A stretch of DNA of 64,000 nt from an uncultured Candidatus Binatia bacterium (GCA_965214605.1 OZ243961.1:4032001-4096000); one strand, 5' to 3'; shown: positions 48,086-58,189, counted from the stretch's first letter. Made by a program: numbers and translations. Notes: generated by a model from the sequence alone, not told the origin.

Positions 48086-49318
48086 CTATATCACTTCCTG
48101 ATCTTTGAGTTGGGCGATTTCTTGGGCTGATAAACCCAGCAGCTCTCCATAGACCAATTCGTTATGCTGTCCCAGGCTGGGACTTGGCGCATCAATGCCG
48201 AGCGGTTTGTCGTCAATCCACCACGGTGAGCCGAGTACGGTCATTCTTCCTGCGGTCGGGTGATCGATATCCTGGAGCCTCCCCCGGGCTCGAAGGTGCG
48301 GATCGGTGATAATCTCACCCACGTCTTTGACCACACCACAGGTGATAGAAGCCGCCGAACAGCGCTCCATGACGGCTTGTTTTCCGTTCCGCAGCGTCCA
48401 AGCGCTGACTAGTGCGTCAACCTCGGCAGCGTGTTTTCGGCGGTCCCGATTTGTGGCAAAACGAGGATCGTCGGCGAGCTCCGGGCAGTCCATCAGCTGG
48501 CACAGAGTACGCCAGCGCTGGTCGTCTAGAGTGAGCAGAAAGACATAGCCATCCTTAGTCGGATAGCAGTTATAGGGAGAAATGCGTCGATTGGGAGCTG
48601 CATTTCCCTCACGTTGGTAGGTGCCGTCTTGCGAGATAAAGGTTGCGATCTGAGCGATCATTGGGCCTACTGCTGCATCATACAGCGAGGTTTCGACGAG
48701 GAGTCCTTGGCCGGTCCGGTCGCGCTGGCGCAGGGCGCCAAGAACGCCGGTCGCCAAATGGATTCCACCCAAAACATCCATAACCGGCGGGCCGGCTTTC
48801 ATCGGCGGACCGTTGGGGTCGCCGGTGCTACTCATCAGGCCCGACATGGCCTGAATAATGGAATCAAAGGCTGGATAATCGCTGTAGGGGCCATTCCGTC
48901 CATAGCCGGTGCTGGCCGCATATACTAGCTGGGGATTGAGCTGTTTTAAGACTTCATAGCCGAGACCAAGTTTGTCCATAACGCCAAGGGCAAAGTTTTC
49001 GACGACCACATCGACCTGAGGGATGAGCCGCCGAAAGAGCTCTTTACCAGGCCCGGTCTTCAGGTTGAGGGTGATACTTCTCTTGTTGGAGTTCAGCATG
49101 ATGAAGGGAAAACTCTCGTGAGCGGCACCGCGAATAGGCAACAGTGAGCGGGCTCTCTCGCCCTGGCCCGGAGGTTCAAGCTTGATCACGTCTGCGCCCA
49201 GAAAGCTGAGCATCAGAGTGGCGTAAGGACCGTTGATAATATGGGTAAGGTCGAGAATGCGGACATCATCCAGGGCTTTCAGCATATCTCCCTCCTTGAC
49301 AGGCGGAGTATACGCCAT
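48086..49318 (-). CDS. Family III CoA-transferase (CaiB/BaiF)
   Basis: GADVIKLE, NSNKRSITLNLK, DVVVENF, AFDSIIQAMSG, PSLGQHN. Confidence 0.95.
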   Translation of the reverse strand: MAYTPPVKEGDMLKALDDVRILDLTHIINGPYATLMLSFLGADVIKLEPPGQGERARSLLPIRGAAHESFPFIMLNSNKRSITLNLKTGPGKELFRRLIPQVDVVVENFALGVMDKLGLGYEVLKQLNPQLVYAASTGYGRNGPYSDYPAFDSIIQAMSGLMSSTGDPNGPPMKAGPPVMDVLGGIHLATGVLGALRQRDRTGQGLLVETSLYDAAVGPMIAQIATFISQDGTYQREGNAAPNRRISPYNCYPTKDGYVFLLTLDDQRWRTLCQLMDCPELADDPRFATNRDRRKHAAEVDALVSAWTLRNGKQAVMERCSAASITCGVVKDVGEIITDPHLRARGRLQDIDHPTAGRMTVLGSPWWIDDKPLGIDAPSPSLGQHNELVYGELLGLSAQEIAQLKDQEVI

Positions 49319-49659
49319 AGACTGGGGTCAGAGATAGCGGCCTGGTGGTGCATTCTTGTCTTGACCTAAAATTTCTGTCGTCGTCCACTACTGCAGGTGC
49401 GCCATGGGTGATGCCACCGTGCCACATCACCTCTGCCAAGTGCTGACCTGCATGGGGCAGCTCAAACCCATACACAGGCTTACGGGCAGGCAGGGCTCGT
49501 CCGGTATCTCTGGGGCGCTCTCGGGTTATGTTATGAAACTATGAAAGACGCTCAGCACGGAGACCTCCTGCCAGGCGTCTGAGACCTCATCGCTCGCGTC
49601 AGGAGCTTGCATACGCGGCGGCTTACGCGAAGTCGAGATCACGGAGGATAGCGATTGTA

Positions 49660-49950
49660 AGGCGTGTCGCGCTATAGGCAGGCACTCAGTACATGAGTAG
49701 AGAGAGAGGTTCGGAGAACAGGATGCTATCCGAGGGAAGGAATGCGCAGCATTGACGGGAGGCATTGTTCCTCTCAGATCTGGAGCAGACAAAGGGATTT
49801 GAGTTCGACCTGGGGTACGTCGTCACCGTCAGCGATGGAGTGATTCCCAGTCCCATCACGCCAGAATAGTTTCGAGATCTGGCCAAGCTCTATGTCGCGA
49901 TGAGCCGGGCGGAGCTTCAACTCGTGCTTTCGTACTCTGTGCTCCTCTGA
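49660..49950 (+). pseudogene. Remnant of an SF1/UvrD-like helicase C-terminal domain
   Basis: From 49759: EALFLSDLEQTKGFEFD...GVIP..PE*FRDLAKLYVAMSRAELQLVLSYS (motifs V and VI), TAG 49867-69; boundaries approximate. Confidence 0.8.
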
Positions 49951-50402
49951 CCTCTCTCTGGCCGAGAGTCTGCCGCGTTCCGGGCACTAGATAGAGCATG
50001 TTTCCTGGGAGAAGGTTTTGAATCCCGAAGTGCCCTCCCAACTCTCGAGGATTTGCGCAATCCTATGGACAAGGACCCTGCGGACGATGAGCCGCCTAGC
50101 GGTCGGGTGGCCGGAGGACAGCTTCTCTCTACGTCGGCATCCTAAGACTTTCGCCGCGGCTCATTGAAAAGCTCCACAATCTGGTAACGGGGCAACAAGA
50201 ACCTGCGTCTCATGGTGCTCCCGTTAATGGAGATCTCTCTCTAGCCGTGAGGGAGAGTCATGCCGTTCCTCAAGCAATTCGGACCAGAAGAGTTCTAAGG
50301 AGTTCAAGGGGCTCGCAAGGAGACTTTGGAGTTGCTAAACGGCACATCCTTTAGCGAATCCCAAGGGAGCGGAGCAGGACCTCTTGGCCCCGGGACCAAG
50401 CA

Positions 50403-50458
50403 ACGGTTCTATCCGTACGGTTCTATCCGTAGTGAACTCGCTTGACATAATTTATGTC
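50403..50458. repeat. 14-bp tandem duplication followed by a perfect inverted repeat overlapping TTGACA
   Basis: ACGGTTCTATCCGT x2 (50403-50430); GACATAA-T-TTATGTC (50444-50458); TTGACA at 50442-47. Confidence 0.7.
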
Positions 50459-50608
50459 TCTCAGCTCTTGCAATACGTCGAAATTCGACGGCAACGAAGA
50501 GATGCCGAGCCCATGTTCTCTATCTCTGAACACGATCTCCAATCTGGAATCATCCCTCACGCTTGGGTCATGAAAGATCTGCGGGCGCGTGGCCCGCAGG
50601 TTGGGCTT

Positions 50609-52342
50609 CTAGGCGTGTCCGTGGCGTAGCAGCTTACCCGAGGTGTTGCCCGTACATTGCCCGTCTTCGAAGGTAGTTTGGCCGTTAACGATAATCGCCC
50701 GATAGCCTTTGGCCCGTTGCACGCGCCGCCACTCGCCTCCCGGAAAGTCGTAGGTGATTTCCCCAATCCAGTCGGGCTCTATGTCCAGCTCATCCAGGCT
50801 GTAGACCACCACGTCAGCCGCAGCTCCTTCGCGCAGGGTTCCACGGTCGCGAAAGCCTGCCGCGTGGGCTGGCAAGGCCGACAGCCGATAGTGGGCTTCT
50901 TCGAGGCTGATTTTGTGTTCGTCACGAACCAGCCAACGCAGAAAATCGGTCGTGAACGCTCCACCAGTAAAAAACTTGGTGTGCGCTCCGCCGTCGGACG
51001 CACCTGGGAAGGTAAACCGAGAATCGTTGATCATCTCGGCCGTATAGTCGGCGTTAAAGCCTCGGTTAGGACCGAGGAATTCGACGTTCAGATCACCGGC
51101 GATCGACAGGTCGAGCATGGTATCAATCGGATTTTTGCCCTCCTCTTGGGCGATCTGACCGATTGATTTGCCAACGTACTGCTCAAGCTCGGTCCGGTTA
51201 TTCGCACTCTGGACAATGAGGGTCGGGATAGCCCCGCCAACACCAGCCTGAATGACCTGTAGTTTACGGTCAGCCTCTTCGGTCTCGCGTTTGATAGCTT
51301 CACGCAGGGCTGGATTCTTCATTTTGGCCAGCTTTTCTTGCTTGGTACCGGTTGTCAGCTCCCGCCAGGCTGGGCTGGCATCGTACAGGTTCCAGTGCTC
51401 TAGGGTGAAGGCAAAGCCGGTCCGATGGGTTCCGGTCTGACCAAAAATCGGCAGACCACGCTCCCGACAGCGCTCCAGCCAATCAAGGCTGCGACGGTGC
51501 ACCTTAGGGTCTTTACGGGCCGCAACAATGACATTGTGGAGGAGCGGGCGCTGGGCAACCTCGGCCAGTTTTTCCAGAAACTTAAGGTCTTTTTTGATCT
51601 CGCCGGTCGATTGGGTGATCTGGATAAAGCCCTCAGCACGCTTGCGTAACACTTCGGCCAAATTCAGAATGTCCGCATCGTCCATAATATCGGTGACCAT
51701 TGGCGAGCCATCGTAATCGGCCTGGGTCGAATCTGGACCGAGACGTTGGATGGAAAAGCCGCACAGCCCGGCATCCATACCCTGGTCGAGCAGACGCTGC
51801 ATTTCTTGACGCTCAGCTGCAGTCGCCGGGCGGCTCTTGGCTGCATCAAGACCCATGACATAGGTCATCAGCGAGGCTGTCGGCATATATTGAATACAGT
51901 TCACGCCTTTAGGGGTGTGGTCGAGCGAGTCGAGATACTCTGGAATGGTCTCCCAATCCCAGTCCATGCCCATTTTCATCGCATCATACGGGATGGCCTC
52001 GGTCCGCGTCATGGTCAACATTGAGCGTTCGCGAAAATCCGGTTTGACCGGGGCAAAGCCAAAACCGCAATTGCCCAACACAACTGAGGTCACCCCATGC
52101 CAGCCCGAGATTGTGCAGTACGGATCCCAGCGAATCTGAGCGTCATAATGAGTATGGAGATCGACAAAGCCGGGGGCGACAATCAGACCATCGGCGTCTA
52201 TTACCTGCTTTGCCGAACCTGGAGCCCGCCCGCCAATCTGGGCGACTGTCCCATCCTTGATCCAGACATCGGCCCGGTAACGCGGTACCCGGGTACCGTC
52301 AACAACGGTCCCGCCCTTGAGCTGAATATCATATGTTGCCAT
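50609..52342 (-). CDS. N-acyl-D-amino-acid deacylase family amidohydrolase
   Basis: PGFVDLHTHYD, GVTSVVLGNCGFGFAP, SDGGAH, AADVVV; GGAGG RBS. Confidence 0.92.
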   Translation of the reverse strand: MATYDIQLKGGTVVDGTRVPRYRADVWIKDGTVAQIGGRAPGSAKQVIDADGLIVAPGFVDLHTHYDAQIRWDPYCTISGWHGVTSVVLGNCGFGFAPVKPDFRERSMLTMTRTEAIPYDAMKMGMDWDWETIPEYLDSLDHTPKGVNCIQYMPTASLMTYVMGLDAAKSRPATAAERQEMQRLLDQGMDAGLCGFSIQRLGPDSTQADYDGSPMVTDIMDDADILNLAEVLRKRAEGFIQITQSTGEIKKDLKFLEKLAEVAQRPLLHNVIVAARKDPKVHRRSLDWLERCRERGLPIFGQTGTHRTGFAFTLEHWNLYDASPAWRELTTGTKQEKLAKMKNPALREAIKRETEEADRKLQVIQAGVGGAIPTLIVQSANNRTELEQYVGKSIGQIAQEEGKNPIDTMLDLSIAGDLNVEFLGPNRGFNADYTAEMINDSRFTFPGASDGGAHTKFFTGGAFTTDFLRWLVRDEHKISLEEAHYRLSALPAHAAGFRDRGTLREGAAADVVVYSLDELDIEPDWIGEITYDFPGGEWRRVQRAKGYRAIIVNGQTTFEDGQCTGNTSGKLLRHGHA

Positions 52343-52522
52343 GCGTAATTCCTCCTCCGTACACGGGTGTTTCACATCGCTCTGCTATGAGGAGATGTTC
52401 CAGTCGACGCTGGCCTTCCTCTTATACAGGGTCGGTTCAAATCGATTGAGCTGCCCCACTCTATAGAACGGACCCGCCCGGCAAGGCAAGAGCTCTCTGC
52501 GCCGAGCCAGCTTACGCGGGGC

Positions 52523-53005
52523 TCACTCCATGCCCAACACTTTGACTTCCACTAGCCGTAGGCGCTGACGGTTTTGTTCAAACAGGCCGACGATCTTGAG
52601 CGGTGTACCGGGTGGCGACTGGGCGACTTTGGACAGCAGAGTTCGGGGACCGATCAGGTTGAAATCTATCCCTCGCTGGCCGACCTTTTGGAGAATCATT
52701 TTGGTGCTCATTTGGGGATAGTTGGGCGCCTCAATGTCCATAATCTCGTATTGGTACTGCGTGCCAAAAGAGCTAATCCCCAGGGTGACGACTTCAATGT
52801 TGCCCTCCTCGGGCTTGGTGTTCAGAAAGCCGCTCATATTGATTTCAAATGGGGTGCGCGAGTTATCGTCCCACGGGTTGCTCCCCGAGCCAACCCCCCA
52901 ACCTGGACCTTGGCCATGGACGTCGACGGTGAGGACAATACTGAGGGCTAGGCTGAAAGCCATGACTGCAACAGGTGATATGGACCACCTTGCATTTCTT
53001 GACAT
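52523..53005 (-). CDS. Hypothetical secreted protein
   Basis: Signal-peptide-like N-terminus, Gly-rich linker, GGAGG RBS before ATG 53005. Confidence 0.65.
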   Translation of the reverse strand: MSRNARWSISPVAVMAFSLALSIVLTVDVHGQGPGWGVGSGSNPWDDNSRTPFEINMSGFLNTKPEEGNIEVVTLGISSFGTQYQYEIMDIEAPNYPQMSTKMILQKVGQRGIDFNLIGPRTLLSKVAQSPPGTPLKIVGLFEQNRQRLRLVEVKVLGME

Positions 53006-53065
53006 GTCGGATTCCTCCCTTCGGTCGTGGTATTGTCTACTGTTCCATACACTCCCCAAGTGCGA

Positions 53066-54172
53066 CTAACCGCTCGAAAGCATAACGCGCAGCTCCGGCC
53101 AGGACCAAGCTTGGAATTTTGCGGCTTGGGTTTTGTCTGGGCTGGGGCTCTGATGATCTTGGGGCGCCTGGTTGTGTTGAAAGTACTGGTCGCGGTCTAA
53201 TGAGCGCACCGGCAGGGTCTGAATTACCGACTCGCGCAGAATCTGGAGGGGAACCTCTACCCCGGCTTCTCCCTGGGCCCAGAGCGCGCGGTAAAATTCG
53301 GCTTGGCCGCTGACCGTCGTGTCACCGACTCCGACAATAATATCACCCGGCCTGAGGCCAGCCTGGGCCGACGGCCCCCCAGGAATCGTGCCGGAGATGA
53401 ATAAATGGCCGCCGACCTCTTCGGTAAACAGACCCAGCCAGGGACGAGGCGGCTTCGAGGTCCGGCCGGTTGCCAGCAGGGCGGGCAAAATGGGTTTCAG
53501 CCGATCGATCGGAATGAACATATTACCGGGCAGCCGCCGCTCGCCTGGTCTGCCTTGAAGCGTATTGCCGACCAACAGTGAGCCAACACCGAGCAGATGA
53601 CCGCTCGGCCCGATCAGCGCCGCTCCAGCGAAATTGGGGTGTGGCGGAGAGGTAAAAATAGCGTCTTCCAACAGATATTCCCAATAGCCGGTGAACTCTC
53701 GCCGCGCTGTGACAAGAGCCGGTCGTACGGCCTCTGCAGGACCATAGCTGGCTACTAGAACCTCGGCCCGCTCGGTCAAATCGGCCGACAGACCGAGCGG
53801 AATCGGTGAGACGGAGAGCGGGGGTGACACCCGTAACAGGCCAAAGCCGGTATCATAATCATTGCCGATGACGGTGGCCCTCATCGGCCGGCCGCTCAGG
53901 CTGGTGACGGCCACGTGTTCGGCTTCAAGCAGGATGTAGCCAACGGTCAGGACCAATCCCTCAGCGTCAATCACTACGCCGCTGGCTTCGCGCTGTGTTC
54001 CCAGAAAGCGGGATGTGCGGGCGGTCGGTGGGATATGGGCACGAATATGGACGACGGCCGACAGAGCTTCGTGAATGGGGTCGTCATTGCCCGAGCTCAG
54101 CGCGGGTGCGATGAGGAGGTCTGCAAGGAACAGGAGAGACACTGGCCAACGGAGCCGTTGAGCGATTGGCAT
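53066..54172 (-). CDS. S1C (trypsin-like + PDZ) family protein, catalytic residues apparently substituted
   Basis: SGVVID..G.VLTVGY, D..TGFGLL, PNFAGAALIG, RPWLG, AGLRPGDII PDZ. Confidence 0.85.
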   Translation of the reverse strand: MPIAQRLRWPVSLLFLADLLIAPALSSGNDDPIHEALSAVVHIRAHIPPTARTSRFLGTQREASGVVIDAEGLVLTVGYILLEAEHVAVTSLSGRPMRATVIGNDYDTGFGLLRVSPPLSVSPIPLGLSADLTERAEVLVASYGPAEAVRPALVTARREFTGYWEYLLEDAIFTSPPHPNFAGAALIGPSGHLLGVGSLLVGNTLQGRPGERRLPGNMFIPIDRLKPILPALLATGRTSKPPRPWLGLFTEEVGGHLFISGTIPGGPSAQAGLRPGDIIVGVGDTTVSGQAEFYRALWAQGEAGVEVPLQILRESVIQTLPVRSLDRDQYFQHNQAPQDHQSPSPDKTQAAKFQAWSWPELRVMLSSG

Positions 54173-54210
54173 AATAGAGATCCTCCTTTTCCTAGTTGTT
54201 CCGCCCCACT

Positions 54211-55185
54211 TTACGCCGAAATGACCGAAAATACATCAGCCGGCAGACTATTTTTTTCAAACGGGGCGAGTGGATAGGGGCCAAGCTGCTCGAAGCGTCC
54301 AGAATCAGGATCGTAAGCGCGTATGCTGAGGCTGATCTGAAAGCGGGCCGTGGGGGATTCGGTTCGGCTGGGCGTCAGGGTATACACGTGATACTGAGCG
54401 TTGCGTTTAGGCTTGTGACCTAAGGCGGAGGCTGAGCGAACCCCAACAACCGGAATCGCCGCCCGGTATGGTGCCGGAATATGGGTCAGGGTCGTGGTAT
54501 GTGTATGGCCGTGCAGCACCAAATCGACCCCTGACTCGGCGAGGACCTGATGGAGGGGCTGAGCGTCACGTAAACGGCGTCGCTGCGGCAAACCAGCCTC
54601 GGTGGGTGGGTGATGCATCAGGACAATCTGACAGAGGTCGCTGTGCTTGAAGTACTGAAGGAGGCGTCTGAGACGGACCTGCTGGGCCGCTCCAACCTGG
54701 CCGCTGGCGGACAGTAGGCCGGTTGGACCGACGCTCGATACTCCGAGTAAGGCGACTGATCCGCGCACCCGCAGGCTCGGAAACCCTCCCGAAGACGTGG
54801 GTCCGGTCGGAAGTGCATCTGAGCGCAGATAAGCCTGCCAATGCATCTGGAGACTGGCGGCTGAGGCGGCCGTATAAGTATCGTGATTACCCGGAATGAG
54901 GGTGACGTGCTGGGGATCGCCTAGCCGCTTGAGCCAGCGTAGGGCTGAACGCAGCTCGGTCTCAAGACCGAGGTTTGTCAGGTCTCCGGTGATCACCGTA
55001 TGATCCGGCCGCTGGCTGTGCAGGTCTGCGATGAGCGCCTCTAAGACCTTGGGGCGATACTCATAGCGGCGTCGCACAAGCCATTTGAGCCAGCCGATCG
55101 TTTGTTTGTTCAGTCGCAGCGGGAGGGAGCGAAAACGGGCTTGGGTGACGTGCAGGTCTGATAAATGGGCCAGGGTAAACGACAT
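54211..55185 (-). CDS. Calcineurin-like metallophosphoesterase
   Basis: SDLH, TGDLTN, PGNHD, MHHPP, LHGHTH; start 55185 or 55224. Confidence 0.9.
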   Translation of the reverse strand: MSFTLAHLSDLHVTQARFRSLPLRLNKQTIGWLKWLVRRRYEYRPKVLEALIADLHSQRPDHTVITGDLTNLGLETELRSALRWLKRLGDPQHVTLIPGNHDTYTAASAASLQMHWQAYLRSDALPTGPTSSGGFPSLRVRGSVALLGVSSVGPTGLLSASGQVGAAQQVRLRRLLQYFKHSDLCQIVLMHHPPTEAGLPQRRRLRDAQPLHQVLAESGVDLVLHGHTHTTTLTHIPAPYRAAIPVVGVRSASALGHKPKRNAQYHVYTLTPSRTESPTARFQISLSIRAYDPDSGRFEQLGPYPLAPFEKNSLPADVFSVISA

Positions 55186-55267
55186 GCTGACGACCGTTCT
55201 GTGGGTGTATGAGTCTGTCTGCAATACGTTGGCTTTGGAGCGGACGCCCGTCAGCCGCCGGGGCGGT

Positions 55268-55783
55268 TCAACCCTTCTGAAATGTGCTAGAGACGGATAA
55301 GTCGGGGCTACCGGACAAGGTTTGGTACACTACGCAGTAGCGCTCGGTCAGCTTGAGCAGGGTCGCTAGTTGCTCGGGCTCGGCGTCAGAGTCGATATCA
55401 AAGCTGAGCCGAATGCTGCTAAAACCGACCGGGACGCCCTTTGCCACCGCCAGGGTACCGCGAAAGTCCAGGTCCCCTTCGGCCCGGATCGTTGCGTCGC
55501 GCAGGCTCACGCCGATGGACGTGGCCACCGCTCCAAGCGTGACGCCGGCACAGGCGGCTAGCGCTTCCAGCAACATATCTCCCGAACAGGCAGACAGACC
55601 GTCTCCGCCTGTTGCCGGGTGAAGCCCAGCCTCAACCAAAGCCTGGCCGGTTTCAATCTTACACGTGATGTCCTGGCCCAGTCGGGCCTGGGCTTTGAGC
55701 GTCACATGGGCAGATTCCGGCCGGTCCGTATACTGCTGCTTTAGAGGTGCTTGCAGATCTCTCAGGTCTTGTCTGGTCATCAT
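55268..55783 (-). CDS. OsmC family protein
   Basis: AGLHPATGG...CSGDMLLEAL.ACAG, DFRGTL, TERYCVVYQT. Confidence 0.9.
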   Translation of the reverse strand: MMTRQDLRDLQAPLKQQYTDRPESAHVTLKAQARLGQDITCKIETGQALVEAGLHPATGGDGLSACSGDMLLEALAACAGVTLGAVATSIGVSLRDATIRAEGDLDFRGTLAVAKGVPVGFSSIRLSFDIDSDAEPEQLATLLKLTERYCVVYQTLSGSPDLSVSSTFQKG

Positions 55784-55926
55784 CTGTTCCTCCGGACTGT
55801 GAAGGGTGTTGCTATCGTGAAAAGGTGAAAATCGCGACAGTATCGCTACTGTGGCCCAGGACTCGTCGGTCTGCCTATACCACATCTGCCGACTATGATA
55901 AGACCGCTTAGGACACGGACAAGGGT

Positions 55927-57120
55927 ATGACCAAGGCGACGAGTGGGACGCAAACTGCCATCTGGCTCCTTACCGCTCCGGATCAGCCGGAGCTCAAAAT
56001 TTGGGGTATTTCCGGCGCGGAACGCTTGCGACGGATGTGCATAGCGGCTGGCACAGCGGCCGAGCAGATCGGCGTCGGCCCTCCGGCTGCGTTCCGAGCG
56101 CAGAGCCGAGATGTCCTTATCGTGCGCGCCGATTACGTGTTTGATGAACGTCTGATCCACGCTCTACTGAACTCCTCCTCCGCCTCTAATAGTATTCTGT
56201 TCGCCTCGGCCGGCCAGCCGCTCGTTGTCGCGGCTCGAGTCGAGACACGAAACTGTAGCACGGCCCTAGCCCTGCTATCCGGAGCCGCAGCCTTGCCAAC
56301 GGTCGGCTCTCATACCGGCCTCCGCAGCTTTACGCCAAGCGATCTGGTGCCTGCCTACAATCCCGCACTCCGAAAATCCATCGCCCCTTACGTCCTCCCC
56401 ATTCAGCCGCAGCGAATTGCCGAGATTGAAGCGCATCTTTTCCGGGCGTCATACAAAGGCATCACGGATGTGGTTACCAAATGGGTCTGGCCCCGCCCGG
56501 CTCAGGCCGTCGTGCGCGTCTTGGCCTGGGCCGGCGTGCGGCCGAATGGGGTGACCAGTCTGAGCTGGGTGCTGGTAGTTCTGGCCACCTGGCTGTTTGC
56601 CATTGGCTCTTTTGGCTTCGGACTGCTGGCGGCTTGGTTGATGACCTTTCTGGATACGGTCGACGGTAAGCTGGCACGGGTCAGCCTCACCTCAAGCAAA
56701 ATCGGCCATGTGCTCGACCACGGTCTTGATCTGGTCCACCCACCTTTTTGGTACCTGGCATGGGCTCTTGGTCTGCCTCGTAGCGCGGTCTGGCTGGAAG
56801 TGGCGCTCATGGTGACCCTGCTTGGATATGTGCTGGGGCGTTTGCTGGAGGGTGTTTTTCTGCTGGTCTTTAAGATGGAAATGCACAACTGGCGGCCTAT
56901 TGATTCGTTTTTCCGAATGATCACGGCTCGGCGTAACCCGAATCTTATCGTGCTGTCTGTGGCCACGCTGGGCGGCCGCCCAGATTGGGGCTTAGTGGGG
57001 GTGGCGGTTTGGACGCTGTGTTCGATCGCGTTTCATAGCGTGCGTTTGCTCCAGGCGTGTAGCCAACTCTGGCGGGGCCAGCCACTCCGGACCTGGCAGG
57101 AATCGGAGACCACCGGGTGA
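55927..57120 (+). CDS. CDP-alcohol phosphatidyltransferase with N-terminal extension (sphingolipid head-group enzyme candidate)
   Basis: YKGITD.VTK, PN.VT, DTVDGKLAR...G..LDHGLD motif, ARRNPN. Confidence 0.88.
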   Translation: MTKATSGTQTAIWLLTAPDQPELKIWGISGAERLRRMCIAAGTAAEQIGVGPPAAFRAQSRDVLIVRADYVFDERLIHALLNSSSASNSILFASAGQPLVVAARVETRNCSTALALLSGAAALPTVGSHTGLRSFTPSDLVPAYNPALRKSIAPYVLPIQPQRIAEIEAHLFRASYKGITDVVTKWVWPRPAQAVVRVLAWAGVRPNGVTSLSWVLVVLATWLFAIGSFGFGLLAAWLMTFLDTVDGKLARVSLTSSKIGHVLDHGLDLVHPPFWYLAWALGLPRSAVWLEVALMVTLLGYVLGRLLEGVFLLVFKMEMHNWRPIDSFFRMITARRNPNLIVLSVATLGGRPDWGLVGVAVWTLCSIAFHSVRLLQACSQLWRGQPLRTWQESETTG

Positions 57121-57122
57121 GA

Positions 57123-57211
57123 CCCCGTCCCCCGCACGGTTGGCTCGAGTCTCCGCCGGCACCATCAAGGCGCGCATGGCATCCCCCGTCCCCCGCACGG
57201 TTGGCTCGAGT
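57123..57211. repeat. Two identical 28-bp direct repeats separated by a 33-bp unique spacer
   Basis: CCCCGTCCCCCGCACGGTTGGCTCGAGT at 57123-57150 and 57184-57211 (period 61). Confidence 0.9.
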
Positions 57212-57214
57212 TTC

Positions 57215-58168
57215 ATGCGCATCGGCGTTTTGAGCAATACCCAGGCTGGCCGAAATCTTAGTCGTGCGGCCCGGCTGCGGGCGCTGTGTGAGGGGCAGTC
57301 GGATGTCGTGCACCTTGAGATAGGTCCACAGCTAGGGGTTGAAGAGGCGGTTGCGATCTTGGCCGGCCACGAGAGTGAGGTGTTGGCTGTGTGTGGCGGG
57401 GACGGCACCCTGCAGCACGTCCTGACCGCGTTGCTGAGCACCCCGACGCCTGCCCGTCTTCCCCTGATTGCTCCGCTAAAGGGCGGGCGAACCAACGCTG
57501 GGGCGCTTGATATCGGAAGTCACCCAAACCCGCTTTCCGCTCTGTCCCGCCTGATGCAAGCCGTCCGCCAGGGCAAGCTTAGGCAGAGCGTGGTGGAACG
57601 GCCGGTTTTACGCGTTGAGCTGGGGCCGGACGAGGCGGTGCAGTACGGTTTCTTTTTTGGGGTGGGGGTGATTTATCGAACCACGGAGCTGAAACACCGC
57701 CTTCTGCCCGACCGCTATTTTCAGGGGCCACTGACGTCTGGAGCGATCATTGGACTGGTAGCGCTGCGGACGCTACTGGGCTCCTCCCGCGGCGTCCTGG
57801 TCCGCGACCGCATGGACATCCAGCTTGATAGTCGATCACTTGGCTCTCGCCCCTTTTTGCTTGCTTTTGCCACGACTCTCAACTCGCTCATGAGGCTGCG
57901 TCCGTTCTGGGGGCAAGAAGAGGCGCCTATTCACTGCACCGCGATTGCGGAAGGGGCGCCGCGGAGGTTGCTGGCCCCATTCCGTATCGTCCAAGGCCGC
58001 CCACCCCAGTCTGACGGGCCGCTCGCCGGCTATGTGAGTCACAACCTGTATCAGCTCCAGGTACGGCTTGACTGTGGGATCGTCATTGATGGAGAGTTGT
58101 TTGCACCCAAAGAGGGCCGTGTGGTCCGTGTTGAAGTCGATCGGCGGCTCCAATTTGTCCGGACCTGA
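57215..58168 (+). CDS. Diacylglycerol/sphingosine kinase family lipid kinase (ceramide kinase-like)
   Basis: N..AG, GGDGT, PL.GG.TN, IDGE; start 57215 or 57176. Confidence 0.85.
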   Translation: MRIGVLSNTQAGRNLSRAARLRALCEGQSDVVHLEIGPQLGVEEAVAILAGHESEVLAVCGGDGTLQHVLTALLSTPTPARLPLIAPLKGGRTNAGALDIGSHPNPLSALSRLMQAVRQGKLRQSVVERPVLRVELGPDEAVQYGFFFGVGVIYRTTELKHRLLPDRYFQGPLTSGAIIGLVALRTLLGSSRGVLVRDRMDIQLDSRSLGSRPFLLAFATTLNSLMRLRPFWGQEEAPIHCTAIAEGAPRRLLAPFRIVQGRPPQSDGPLAGYVSHNLYQLQVRLDCGIVIDGELFAPKEGRVVRVEVDRRLQFVRT

Positions 58169-58189
58169 AGGAACGCAACCGCACGCCTG

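Noticed and set aside
57123-57211. Calling the 28-bp repeat pair a CRISPR array
   Set aside because: Only two repeats, no internal palindrome, no AT-rich leader and no cas genes in the window; kept as a repeat.
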